Shown: positions 18,028 to 26,402 of the stretch, one piece after another
How positions within the stretch are numbered: position 1 is the stretch's first letter
How the letters are laid out: each line of letters opens with the position of its first letter
Assembly: GCA_029261855.1 (NCBI GenBank)
Contig: JAJDAN010000034.1
Location: 53,953-117,952, forward strand
Reading direction: 5' to 3'
Length of the DNA stretch: 64,000 nt
Source of the DNA: Deltaproteobacteria bacterium
GTDB taxonomy: Bacteria; Myxococcota_A; UBA9160; UBA4427
Program-made: the position numbers and the translations under genes
Notes under the pieces: generated by a model
Databases searched by the model: none
The model's input: only the letters and a program-made list of their open reading frames with translations
What the model was told of the DNA's origin: nothing

Positions 18028-19287
18028 ATGAAGCACGATCCCAAGACTGATCCCAAGAGCAGGCTCTCCGCGTCCGACGCGCTCAACGCACTCACTGCGA
18101 GCGCCATGGCCCTTCCCGGGCTGGCGGGTATCGCGGATGTGGCGCGGGCCGACGGACCGGTAGAAATGACGACCATCGATCAGGAGTTCTCCTACTACAA
18201 GGAGGACAAGCTCCGCCCCAAGAAGACGGCCTTCGGCGGCGAGCGCGAGCGGATGGAGATCTACAGCTACCAGTTCCGGGCATCGACGCCCCTGACCGAG
18301 CGATCGGACCTCGACGTCGCGGGCACCGTCGAGAAGCTGAGCGGCGCCAGCCCCTGGTTCGTCCTGCCGGGCGACCCCTCCCGGGACAACCGTCCCGTGC
18401 AGGTCATGAGCGGTGCCACCATCGACGAGCAGCGCGGCGACCTCCTGGGCGCCGGAAACTACTACTTCGACCAGGGCAAGGTCACGGGATCCGCGGGCTT
18501 CTCCATCGAGAACGACTACTACGCGGTCAACTTCGGCGCCGGCGGAGAGCGCAGCTTCAACGAGAAGAACACGACCCTCTCGTTGGGCATCAATGCGTCC
18601 CTGGACTGGCTCGAGCCCACGGACTGCGAAGAATTCAACCGCGTCTGCAGCGAGAACAAGCAGAGCGTCAACGTGTACGCGGGCCTCAGCCAGATCCTGA
18701 CGCGCCACTCGGCCATCCAGTCGACCTTCAGCTTCGGCTACGCGACGGGCTTTCTCTCCGACCCGTACAAGCTCGCCTTCATCGAGTCGAACGGCGCGAC
18801 CGTCGCCGACAACCGCCCCGACGATCGCAAGCAGTTCACCTGGTTCACCCAGTACCGGCACCACGTGTCGGGTTTCAACGGCACCTTGCACTTCGACTAC
18901 AAGCTCTACGTCGATGACTGGTCGATGAACTCCCACACCTTCGACATCGCCTGGTACCAGACCCTGCCCTGGGGCATCCAGATCACACCCAACTTCCGCT
19001 ACTACTCCCAGAGCCAGGCCGACTTCTACGAGAACTTCTATCCGGACCTGCGCTCGGACGGTCTCGCTTCGAGCGACTATCGCCTGTCACCGTTCGGAGC
19101 CATTACCTACGGCCTCAAGGCAACGAAGACCCTCATCGACTGGCCGGGCGAAGTCGACTGGGAGTTCGCCTTGTCGTACGAGCGCTACGAAAGCTCGGCG
19201 GGCATGGCATTCCAGAGCGTCGACAACGAGAATCCGGGTCTGGTTTCGTTCCGGGTATTCGCCGGCCGGATCACCGTCAAGTTCTGA
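18028..19287 (+). CDS. DUF3570 family outer-membrane beta-barrel protein (flavinylation target candidate)
   Basis: Amphipathic beta strands, terminal Phe, GFLSDPYK, RYYSQSQADFY and SDYRLSPF. Two SGA[S/T] motifs. Lies between DUF4266 and apbE. Confidence 0.85.
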   Translation: MKHDPKTDPKSRLSASDALNALTASAMALPGLAGIADVARADGPVEMTTIDQEFSYYKEDKLRPKKTAFGGERERMEIYSYQFRASTPLTERSDLDVAGTVEKLSGASPWFVLPGDPSRDNRPVQVMSGATIDEQRGDLLGAGNYYFDQGKVTGSAGFSIENDYYAVNFGAGGERSFNEKNTTLSLGINASLDWLEPTDCEEFNRVCSENKQSVNVYAGLSQILTRHSAIQSTFSFGYATGFLSDPYKLAFIESNGATVADNRPDDRKQFTWFTQYRHHVSGFNGTLHFDYKLYVDDWSMNSHTFDIAWYQTLPWGIQITPNFRYYSQSQADFYENFYPDLRSDGLASSDYRLSPFGAITYGLKATKTLIDWPGEVDWEFALSYERYESSAGMAFQSVDNENPGLVSFRVFAGRITVKF

Positions 19288-19296
19288 GGCCAGCGC

Positions 19297-20262
19297 ATGC
19301 TGCGACACTTCCCGTTTCGCGCCATGGCAAGCCCCTGCGAGTTGCTGCTCCACGGCGAAGACGCCGATCAGGTCGAGGCCGCGGCCCGGGCCGCCACCGC
19401 GGAAGTCGTCCGGATCGAGCACAAGTACTCGCGCTACCGCGAGGACAGTGTGACCGCCGCCATCAACGCCGGTGCCGGTGACGGAAGCGGTGTCGCCGTC
19501 GACGACGAGACCGCCGCGCTACTCGACTACGCGGCGACGGCCTGGGCCCAGAGCGACGGTCTCTTCGACATCAGCTCCGGCGTATTGCGCGAGGTGTGGG
19601 ACTTCCGCTCGGGTCGCGTCCCGAAGGCGCACGATGTCGCGCGGGTCCTCGAGCGCGTCGGCTGGCACCGCATCGGGTGGAAGGACGGGCGCATCCGCCT
19701 CGGGCCGGGAATGCAGATCGACTTCGGGGGCTACGGCAAGGAGTACGCCGCGGACCGGGCGGCGGCGTGTTGTCGGGCGCACGGCATCGATTCCGGACTC
19801 GTAGACCTGGGTGGCGACATCGCGATCGTGGGTCCGCACCCGGACGACACGCCGTGGCGCGTGGGCATCCGCGACCCCGAGCAGGTGTACGGCGCCGTAG
19901 CCAGGGTCGAGCTCGGTCGCGGCGGCCTGGCTACCAGTGGCGACTACCAGCGCTGCATGGTCGTCGACGGCCGCCGCTACGCACACATTCTCGACCCGAA
20001 GACCGGATGGCCCATCGCCGGCCTGCGAAGCGTGAGCGTCATCGCCAACAGTTGCCTGATTGCCGGCACGGCGGCGACCATCGCCATGTTGAAGGGCGAC
20101 GACGGAGCCGCCTGGCTCGACGCGCTGGGGCTGCCGAACCTCCGCATCGACGCGAAGGGTCAGGTGAGCGGCACCCTGTCTCGTCGCTACGGCGACCCGC
20201 CGAGCTCGCGCAGTCCGGGGCTCTCGGCGATCTCGACCTCGCCGGGCAGCACCACGACCTGA
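19297..20262 (+). CDS. apbE: FAD:protein FMN transferase ApbE
   Basis: Motifs FRAMAS, IDFGGYGKEYAAD, DLGGDI, ATSGDYQR and HILDPKTG. Confidence 0.92.
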   Translation: MLRHFPFRAMASPCELLLHGEDADQVEAAARAATAEVVRIEHKYSRYREDSVTAAINAGAGDGSGVAVDDETAALLDYAATAWAQSDGLFDISSGVLREVWDFRSGRVPKAHDVARVLERVGWHRIGWKDGRIRLGPGMQIDFGGYGKEYAADRAAACCRAHGIDSGLVDLGGDIAIVGPHPDDTPWRVGIRDPEQVYGAVARVELGRGGLATSGDYQRCMVVDGRRYAHILDPKTGWPIAGLRSVSVIANSCLIAGTAATIAMLKGDDGAAWLDALGLPNLRIDAKGQVSGTLSRRYGDPPSSRSPGLSAISTSPGSTTT

Positions 20263-22421
20263 GGCTCGAAACCCCGCTCGCGCAGACGCAGCGAGTCGGC
20301 CCCCGCGACGTCCAGCTTTCGGTATCCCGTCAGGTAGACGTCATATCGCGGCGGACCGCCGTAGCTCCATTCGCCGACCTGCGCGCGGAGGCCGTCGCGC
20401 TCGAAGCTCTCGGCCAGCAGGTCTGCATCCGCCCGGGACTCGCGCGTCGTGACGAGCACCGCGTAGGGCGCCTTGGGATTTCGCCGCAGCCCCTCGACGC
20501 GTGTGAGCTTCCGTTCGAGCGCCAGTCGCTGACGCATCGATTCAGCAATCACTTCTTCCCGGTTCTTCAGGATGCGCGCCTGCACGGCGAAGACCACATG
20601 GGTATCCACGGCGCTCTGGGAGCCCGACTTCACCAGGTTTCCGAGCACCGGCACGTCCATCAGGAAGGGAGTTCCCGACCGGGACTTCCGGGACCCCGCC
20701 TCCTCGCTCACACCGATGATCGCAAGCTCGCCGTCCGACAGGACCACGTTCGTCTCGATCCTGCGCGCGTCCAGAGTCGGCCCGACGGAATCTACGTTCC
20801 CGGCGACGGACGGGGCCACCCGGGAGATCTCGATGAACAGGTCGAGGGCGACCTTCCCCTCTTCGCCGACGTTGGCGGTGGCGCGCAGCTCGACGCCCAC
20901 GTCGCGTCGCTCGACCCGCGAGCTCTGCTGGATGGCCGACAGGTTCTCCCCCGATTGGCCGACGACGATGGGTACGTTCTGTCCCGCGAAGATCCGCTGC
21001 TCCTCGCCGCTGGTCATCAGCAGGCGGGGCTCCATCAGCGCGCGCGTCCGCACCTCCCGGGCTTCCGCAGTGATGACGACCGTCTCGCGCGGCAGCAGCA
21101 CGTCGACCACGTTGCCCTCGGCATCGGTGAAGGGGATCAAGAGGGGGTCGCGCGAAACCCGCCCGAAGAAGGTCAGATCGTCGCCGATCTCGCCCCGCAG
21201 CCCGCCGCCGCTCGGGTTCGAGGCGATGGTCATGACGCCGCCCGTGCCGTCGCTGTTGGGTTCGAGCACGGGCAAGAACCAATCGACACCGAGGCGCAGA
21301 CGCGTGGGGTTCGAGACCTCGAAGGCAGTGACGTCCACCTGGATGCGCGGCTTGGGTCGGTCCAGGGACTCGATCAGCCCGAGGAGGTCCGCAAAGGTCT
21401 CGGGGTCGGCATCCACGATGATCGAGTTCGTGGGGCCGTCTGCGACGACGGCGAAGAGTTCACCAAGAACCGCCTCTCCGGCCTTCTGATCGCCCAAGGC
21501 GCGGCCTACCGCCAGCTGGATCAAGAGAGTCTGGAGCTCCTCGGCGTCGCGATGATAGATGGGGACCACCTGGATCTGCGTGTCGACACCCACCGGTTGA
21601 TCGAGCTCGTGAAGGAAGACCCGCGCCCGTTCGAGCTGCGATTCCGATCCCATGATCAGCAGGGTGTTGCTGCGTTCGTCGGTCCAGATGCGCGGTTCCT
21701 TCTCGCGTCGGAACGCGGCTTCCGCCTCGCTCGCGGGTCGCAACGCTTCCTCGAGCATCTGCGCCGCCTGGGTGGCGCCCCGGTGCCGCACGGTGCGGAC
21801 CCACAGCTCGTCTTGCCCGCCGGCGTCGAGAGCCTGGGCAAGCTCGATCATGCGCCGCACACGGCGCTCGGTACCGACCAGGATCAAGCCGTTCGTGGGC
21901 GGATACGGAACCACCAGGTCCTGGTCGCTCACGAGGTGCTGGATCCGACTGGCGACGTCTTCCACCCGCGCAACCTCGAGGGGCAGCAGGGTGGTCACCA
22001 GCTTGTTGCGGTCCTCTTGGATGCTGAGCGGACCCGCCCAGCGCGAGCCGTTCGCGGCGTCGGTGACCGCGAGCACCTTCATCGCGCCATCGTCGCCCTG
22101 CAGGATCGCGTAGCCCTGCATGATCAGCGTGGCCTCGAGCACCGCGAGCGCCTCTTCGCGCGAGATCGCCTTCCCGATGGTGATGGTGAAACGGCCGGGG
22201 AGAGCGGGGTCGACGATGATGGTCTCGCCCGTCGCGCGGGCAATGTCCTCGACGATGGTCTTGAGGGACGCGTTCTTGTAGTGGAGACGGATGCGACCGC
22301 CCTCGATCACGCGGGCGATGGCGAACGCAGGCGGAGCCCACAGAGTCAGGAGGACCGCCGGAGCCGACGAAGTCAGGAAAGAGACGAGGCCGACCAGCGC
22401 AGCCCGCTTCGCAATCCTCAC
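20187..22421 (-). CDS. GspD-like secretin with C-terminal SPOR-like domain
   Basis: N0 domain (IRLHYKNASL), repeated N domains (TNGLIL, SNTLLI, TNSIIV..LDRPKPRIQV), secretin core (GQNVP, PFLMDVPVLGNL) and C-terminal YAVLV..ADLLAESF..YDVYLTGY. Confidence 0.85.
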   Translation of the reverse strand: MRIAKRAALVGLVSFLTSSAPAVLLTLWAPPAFAIARVIEGGRIRLHYKNASLKTIVEDIARATGETIIVDPALPGRFTITIGKAISREEALAVLEATLIMQGYAILQGDDGAMKVLAVTDAANGSRWAGPLSIQEDRNKLVTTLLPLEVARVEDVASRIQHLVSDQDLVVPYPPTNGLILVGTERRVRRMIELAQALDAGGQDELWVRTVRHRGATQAAQMLEEALRPASEAEAAFRREKEPRIWTDERSNTLLIMGSESQLERARVFLHELDQPVGVDTQIQVVPIYHRDAEELQTLLIQLAVGRALGDQKAGEAVLGELFAVVADGPTNSIIVDADPETFADLLGLIESLDRPKPRIQVDVTAFEVSNPTRLRLGVDWFLPVLEPNSDGTGGVMTIASNPSGGGLRGEIGDDLTFFGRVSRDPLLIPFTDAEGNVVDVLLPRETVVITAEAREVRTRALMEPRLLMTSGEEQRIFAGQNVPIVVGQSGENLSAIQQSSRVERRDVGVELRATANVGEEGKVALDLFIEISRVAPSVAGNVDSVGPTLDARRIETNVVLSDGELAIIGVSEEAGSRKSRSGTPFLMDVPVLGNLVKSGSQSAVDTHVVFAVQARILKNREEVIAESMRQRLALERKLTRVEGLRRNPKAPYAVLVTTRESRADADLLAESFERDGLRAQVGEWSYGGPPRYDVYLTGYRKLDVAGADSLRLRERGFEPQVVVLPGEVEIAESPGLRELGGSP

Positions 22422-22452
22422 CGAACCCCCTATCGCCGGGGGGCGGTGGTCA

Positions 22453-23304
22453 CTATCTCCAGGGAGTAGCGAAGTCCCACACCTCGACGCGCACACCCGC
22501 GCGAACCTCGTGAATGTCGGGATCGACCTTGACGAAGCTGGAGCCGTCTTGCGGCAACGACGCTCCTCGCAGGTTGAACTCCGAATCACCCGGGTCCAGG
22601 TAACGGTAGCCGAGGTTGAGCTTCACGCGATCCGACACCGCGTAGGCGAAACCGGCATGAGCCTGCCAGGCGAAGTTGTAGTCGGTCGACTTCCCTTCGT
22701 TGTCCGCCTCGCTCGTCGTCACGTCGAGACCCGCGACGCCGATCCCGAGGCCGAAGTCGAAGGTGGTGCGGTCCAGGGCGTACTTCAGGGTGCGGAGGCG
22801 CCAGCGACCGAAGAGGCGGCTGGTGGTCCAGGAGATCGGCCGGTAGAGCCCGCTCAGGGGAACGTCCAGGTAGAAGTTGCCCATCACGGTCCAGACGTCG
22901 AGCTCGGTCGAGACCTTCGCGTTGCCGGGCACGATGGGGCGCGTGCGGAAGTCGTAACTTCGCAGGCCGACGGCTTCGACCTCACCCCGCACGTCCCAGT
23001 CGGGCACCCAGCGCGGCATCTCGACCGGGGCGATCTCGTCCATCGGGATGGCGATCCCGACCGCGCCCCCCAGCAGGGGAGACACATCGGTGTCGCTGCC
23101 GCCGATGTTGAAGGTGGGCGGGTTGAAGTTGATTTCCCCCTCCACCGTGGAGTCGGCGATCGAGTAGCCGAGGTCTGCCGACATATAGAGACGCCAGTCG
23201 GCGTGGGCCGGTGCCGCGAGGGCGAGGAGCAGGCCGGCTGCCAGGAGCCCGACGGGCCCCGGGCGTACGTCCATGCGCAGGCGTGCTGCCCGGCTGCGAT
23301 TCAT
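22453..23304 (-). CDS. Outer-membrane beta-barrel protein (opacity/OmpA-barrel-like)
   Basis: Signal peptide ending AHA-D; barrel motifs MGNFYLD, NFAWQAHAGFAY and LNLGYRYLD. Start uncertain (23274-23322). Confidence 0.8.
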   Translation of the reverse strand: MNRSRAARLRMDVRPGPVGLLAAGLLLALAAPAHADWRLYMSADLGYSIADSTVEGEINFNPPTFNIGGSDTDVSPLLGGAVGIAIPMDEIAPVEMPRWVPDWDVRGEVEAVGLRSYDFRTRPIVPGNAKVSTELDVWTVMGNFYLDVPLSGLYRPISWTTSRLFGRWRLRTLKYALDRTTFDFGLGIGVAGLDVTTSEADNEGKSTDYNFAWQAHAGFAYAVSDRVKLNLGYRYLDPGDSEFNLRGASLPQDGSSFVKVDPDIHEVRAGVRVEVWDFATPWR

Positions 23305-23465
23305 CAAGGTGCCGATCCCCATCTGGTCCCGTCCCACGGTCGGTGATTCTGCTTTCCGAACCTGTCTATCGAGCGGAAGCTGCCTGTTCTTAATGACGGC
23401 GATCACAAAAGCGCCGAAACGTGGGGCCGGGCACCCGGTTACGAGGCCCAGCTGCTGAAGGCAGC

Positions 23466-23493
23466 TTGAAGTGTACCGTCCGGACGGTATAGT
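23466..23493 (+). promoter_or_regulatory. Sigma70-type promoter overlapped by a TetR operator
   Basis: TTGAAG-N16-TATAGT, with the perfect palindrome TACCGTCCGGACGGTA (23474-23489) in the spacer; the -10 ends 9 nt before the tetR ATG. Confidence 0.7.
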
Positions 23494-23502
23494 CCCGATC
23501 TC

Positions 23503-24132
23503 ATGGCAGAAGCGGCCTCCTCCTCGCCCACCTCGTCCTCTTCCCCGCCCACCTCCCCCCCGGCTCCGCCGAGCCGCCCGGACGGCGCCCGCGAGCGCCT
23601 CCTCGACGCCGCCGAACGCAGGCTGCTGGGAAGGGGCCAGGCGGGGCTGGTGCTAGCCGACGTCGCCCGGGATGCGGGCTGCAGCAAGGGCGGCCTGCTC
23701 TACCACTTCCCGTCGAAGCGAGCGCTCGTCGAGGGCATCCGCGAGCGCATGCTCGACAACTTCGACCGCGTACAGCGCGAGCTTGCAGAAGATGACCCGG
23801 ACGGGACCGGCACCTGGAGCCGCGCGTATCTCGATTCGACGGTCACCCGGGGCGGCCAGCCGGCGGACGGGTCCGCCCAGCTGATGGCGGGACTGCTGGC
23901 ACAGGTCGGGAGCGCACCGGAGCAGCTCGCGCCCCTGCAAGAACGCTTCGCGAGCTGGCATGGCCGACTCCAGGAGGACGGCCTCGACCCGGAGACCGCC
24001 GTGATCGTACGGCTCGCCGCCGACGGACTGTGGCTGTCGGCCATGCTGGGCCTACCCCGTCCGGACCCCGCGCTGATGACGCGCGTCGTAGAACGCTTGC
24101 GGAAGATGACGCGTCCCGGGACGAGTTCGTGA
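23503..24132 (+). CDS. TetR/AcrR family transcriptional regulator
   Basis: HTH motif LADVARDAGCSKGGLLYHFPSK; C-terminal IVRLAADGLW. Confidence 0.92.
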   Translation: MAEAASSSPTSSSSPPTSPPAPPSRPDGARERLLDAAERRLLGRGQAGLVLADVARDAGCSKGGLLYHFPSKRALVEGIRERMLDNFDRVQRELAEDDPDGTGTWSRAYLDSTVTRGGQPADGSAQLMAGLLAQVGSAPEQLAPLQERFASWHGRLQEDGLDPETAVIVRLAADGLWLSAMLGLPRPDPALMTRVVERLRKMTRPGTSS

Positions 24133-24926
24133 GCGGGCCGCCCCAGAGCTTCGAGCGCGAAGCAGCGCGGCTCGAGAAGCACTTCCGGGAAGCCCTCGAA
24201 GAGCTGCGCAGCCTCCGCCTTCGCCTTCGCCAGGCCGATACACCCCTGGTCGACCGCACCCGGGCCGAGCTGTCGGAGATCCGCGACGAGTGGGACGCCA
24301 TCCACTATCGCTGGTGGATCGGGGTGCTCGCCGGCGGCATCGTCTTCCTGTTCGCCGCCTATGCGTTCTACATGAATCTCGGCTGGTACGCGGACAACCG
24401 CGCACTACCCGTCAGCTCGGACTGGCTGCTCGACCGCCTGCCCCTCGTCAACCTGGTCCCGATGCTCTCCTGGGGTTGGCTCGCCCTTCACGTGTACGCG
24501 ATCGGCACCGCACTGCTCTACTACCCGCGCAAGCTCCCCTTCCTCTTCTTCCTGCTCGGCGTCTATCTGTGCGTGCGAACCCTCTACGTCTTCCTGTCGC
24601 CCATCGGCGCCCCGGAAGCGATCCTGCACATGGGCGAGTTCGACCTGCTCTTCCCGTTGGTGGCGGGGGTGTACACCTTCCAGAACGAGTTCATCTTCTC
24701 GGGCCACACCGCCATGCCCTTCCTGTTCGCGCTCTTCTTCGAGACGCGCGCGCAGAAGACCGTCATGCTCCTCGGGTCCCTGGCGATGGCCCTGTCCGTG
24801 CTGCTCACCCGCAACCACTACACGGTGGACGTCATCGGCGCGTACTTCATGGGCTATGCGATCTACGCCCTGAGCGAGTGGCTCTACTTCCACTTCCTGC
24901 GTCCGCTCTTCCTGCATCGCGCTTGA
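24129..24926 (+). CDS. PAP2-superfamily membrane protein, sphingomyelin/IPC-synthase-like
   Basis: About 6 TM helices; FIFSGHT and RNHYTVDV motifs; GTGA overlap with the tetR stop. Confidence 0.75.
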   Translation: MSGPPQSFEREAARLEKHFREALEELRSLRLRLRQADTPLVDRTRAELSEIRDEWDAIHYRWWIGVLAGGIVFLFAAYAFYMNLGWYADNRALPVSSDWLLDRLPLVNLVPMLSWGWLALHVYAIGTALLYYPRKLPFLFFLLGVYLCVRTLYVFLSPIGAPEAILHMGEFDLLFPLVAGVYTFQNEFIFSGHTAMPFLFALFFETRAQKTVMLLGSLAMALSVLLTRNHYTVDVIGAYFMGYAIYALSEWLYFHFLRPLFLHRA

Positions 24927-25017
24927 GCCCGGTTCGCAGTCGTCCCTTCCGATTGCCAGGCGCGCCGCTTTCGGGTTCACTCCTCGCTCCCGAAGGGCTG
25001 ACGGAGGGACCTACCCC

Positions 25018-25755
25018 ATGGAACGATTGCGGGACCAGCGCGTATTCGTCGTCGGCGCCTCGTCCGGCATCGGCCGTGCCATCGCCACGGCGGCCGCAGC
25101 AGCCGGGGCGCGCGTGGCCGTCGCCGCGCGTCGCAGCGATGCCCTCGAAGGTCTCGTGCGCGAGGGCGGCGCCGCACATGCCATCCCGATGGATGTTTGC
25201 GAGGGAGCTTCCTGCGAGGCGGGCGTCGCCCGGGCGAGCGAGGCCCTCGGCGGACTCGACGCCCTGGTCTATGCGGTGGGTGTCGCGTTCATGCACGAGG
25301 TGCGCGACGTCGATGGCACCCAGTGGCAGGACATCCTGACGGCAAACGTGATCGGCGCCGCGCTCGTGGCACGCGCCGCCATGCCCCAGCTGGAAGCGAC
25401 CCGGGGGCGCGCCGTCTTCCTGTCGTCGATCTCGACGGACGACTTTCCGCCGCGTCGCGGCCTGGGCCCGTACATGGTGAGCAAGGCGGCGCTCAACAAG
25501 CTCGTCGAGGTTCTCCAGGTCGAGCACAAGCGCGTGCGCCTCACGCGGATCAGCGTCGGCGACACCATGCCGACAGACTTCGCGAACGACTGGGACATGA
25601 GCGCCGCAGGCGAGCTGGTGCGCGAATGGACGGAGCAGGGCTTGATGTTCGGCCGCGCCATGCAGCCGACGGCGGTCGCAAGTCACGTCGTGGACGTGCT
25701 CGCATCCGAGGAGAGCATTCCGGTCACCCGCATCGTACCGACCTACGCGGACTGA
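25018..25755 (+). CDS. SDR family oxidoreductase
   Basis: VVGASSGIG and YMVSK motifs. Confidence 0.9.
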   Translation: MERLRDQRVFVVGASSGIGRAIATAAAAAGARVAVAARRSDALEGLVREGGAAHAIPMDVCEGASCEAGVARASEALGGLDALVYAVGVAFMHEVRDVDGTQWQDILTANVIGAALVARAAMPQLEATRGRAVFLSSISTDDFPPRRGLGPYMVSKAALNKLVEVLQVEHKRVRLTRISVGDTMPTDFANDWDMSAAGELVREWTEQGLMFGRAMQPTAVASHVVDVLASEESIPVTRIVPTYAD

Positions 25756-25790
25756 GGGCCGCGGACTGATCGCAGCGGACTGACCGCGGC

Positions 25791-26402
25791 TCAGCGACCC
25801 TCGTCGATGAAGAGCCGGACGGCCTCGAAGATGCGGTCGTCCACGTCGTCCTGGGTTTCGCCCGCCTGCTTGAGCGACGTCTTCGTCGCCTGCAGGGAAT
25901 GGTCGCCGGTCTCGACGACGTGCAGGAAGCTCTCGGCCTGCATCGCGCTGCGGACCTCGGCCAGGGTTTCGAGAGGACACAGGCGATCGCGGGTGCCCTG
26001 CAGGAAGAGGACCCTCGTCGTCAGCGCCTTCAGCACGTCGTCGCGCAGCTTCGGGTTCTTGCCCGTGCCCTGCAGCGGGTAGCCGAAGCACACGAGACCG
26101 TCGACGCTCTCCTCGAGCGCGAGATGACACCCGACACGAGACCCCATGCTCTTGCCCGCCAGGAAGACGGGCCCCGCGTGGCCTTCTCGCGCGGCGTTCA
26201 GCGCGTCGCGGTGAGCCGAGATCAAGGTCGGCAGCCGGTCCGGCGCACGCCGCCCGGCCTGCACGTACGGGTAGTCGAAGAGGACGACGCGCCCGATCCC
26301 CTCGAGCCGCTCTTGCCAGCGCTGCATCCAGGGGTGGGAGGAGGGTGCGCCCGCGCCATGGGCGAAGACGATCAGGGGCTTCTGGCCCGGTGACGCGCTC
26401 AG
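25791..26402 (-). CDS. Alpha/beta hydrolase (KANL3/Tex30-like)
   Basis: FAHGAGAPSSHPWM, GKSMG nucleophile, QGTRD and GDHSL. The conserved N-terminus extends upstream of the ATG to a CTG overlapping the previous stop. Confidence 0.85.
   Translation of the reverse strand: MSASPGQKPLIVFAHGAGAPSSHPWMQRWQERLEGIGRVVLFDYPYVQAGRRAPDRLPTLISAHRDALNAAREGHAGPVFLAGKSMGSRVGCHLALEESVDGLVCFGYPLQGTGKNPKLRDDVLKALTTRVLFLQGTRDRLCPLETLAEVRSAMQAESFLHVVETGDHSLQATKTSLKQAGETQDDVDDRIFEAVRLFIDEGR

Noticed and set aside
19596-22469. 957-aa plus-strand ORF
   Set aside because: Antisense to the secretin and off-frame to apbE; low-complexity Arg/Gly-rich translation.
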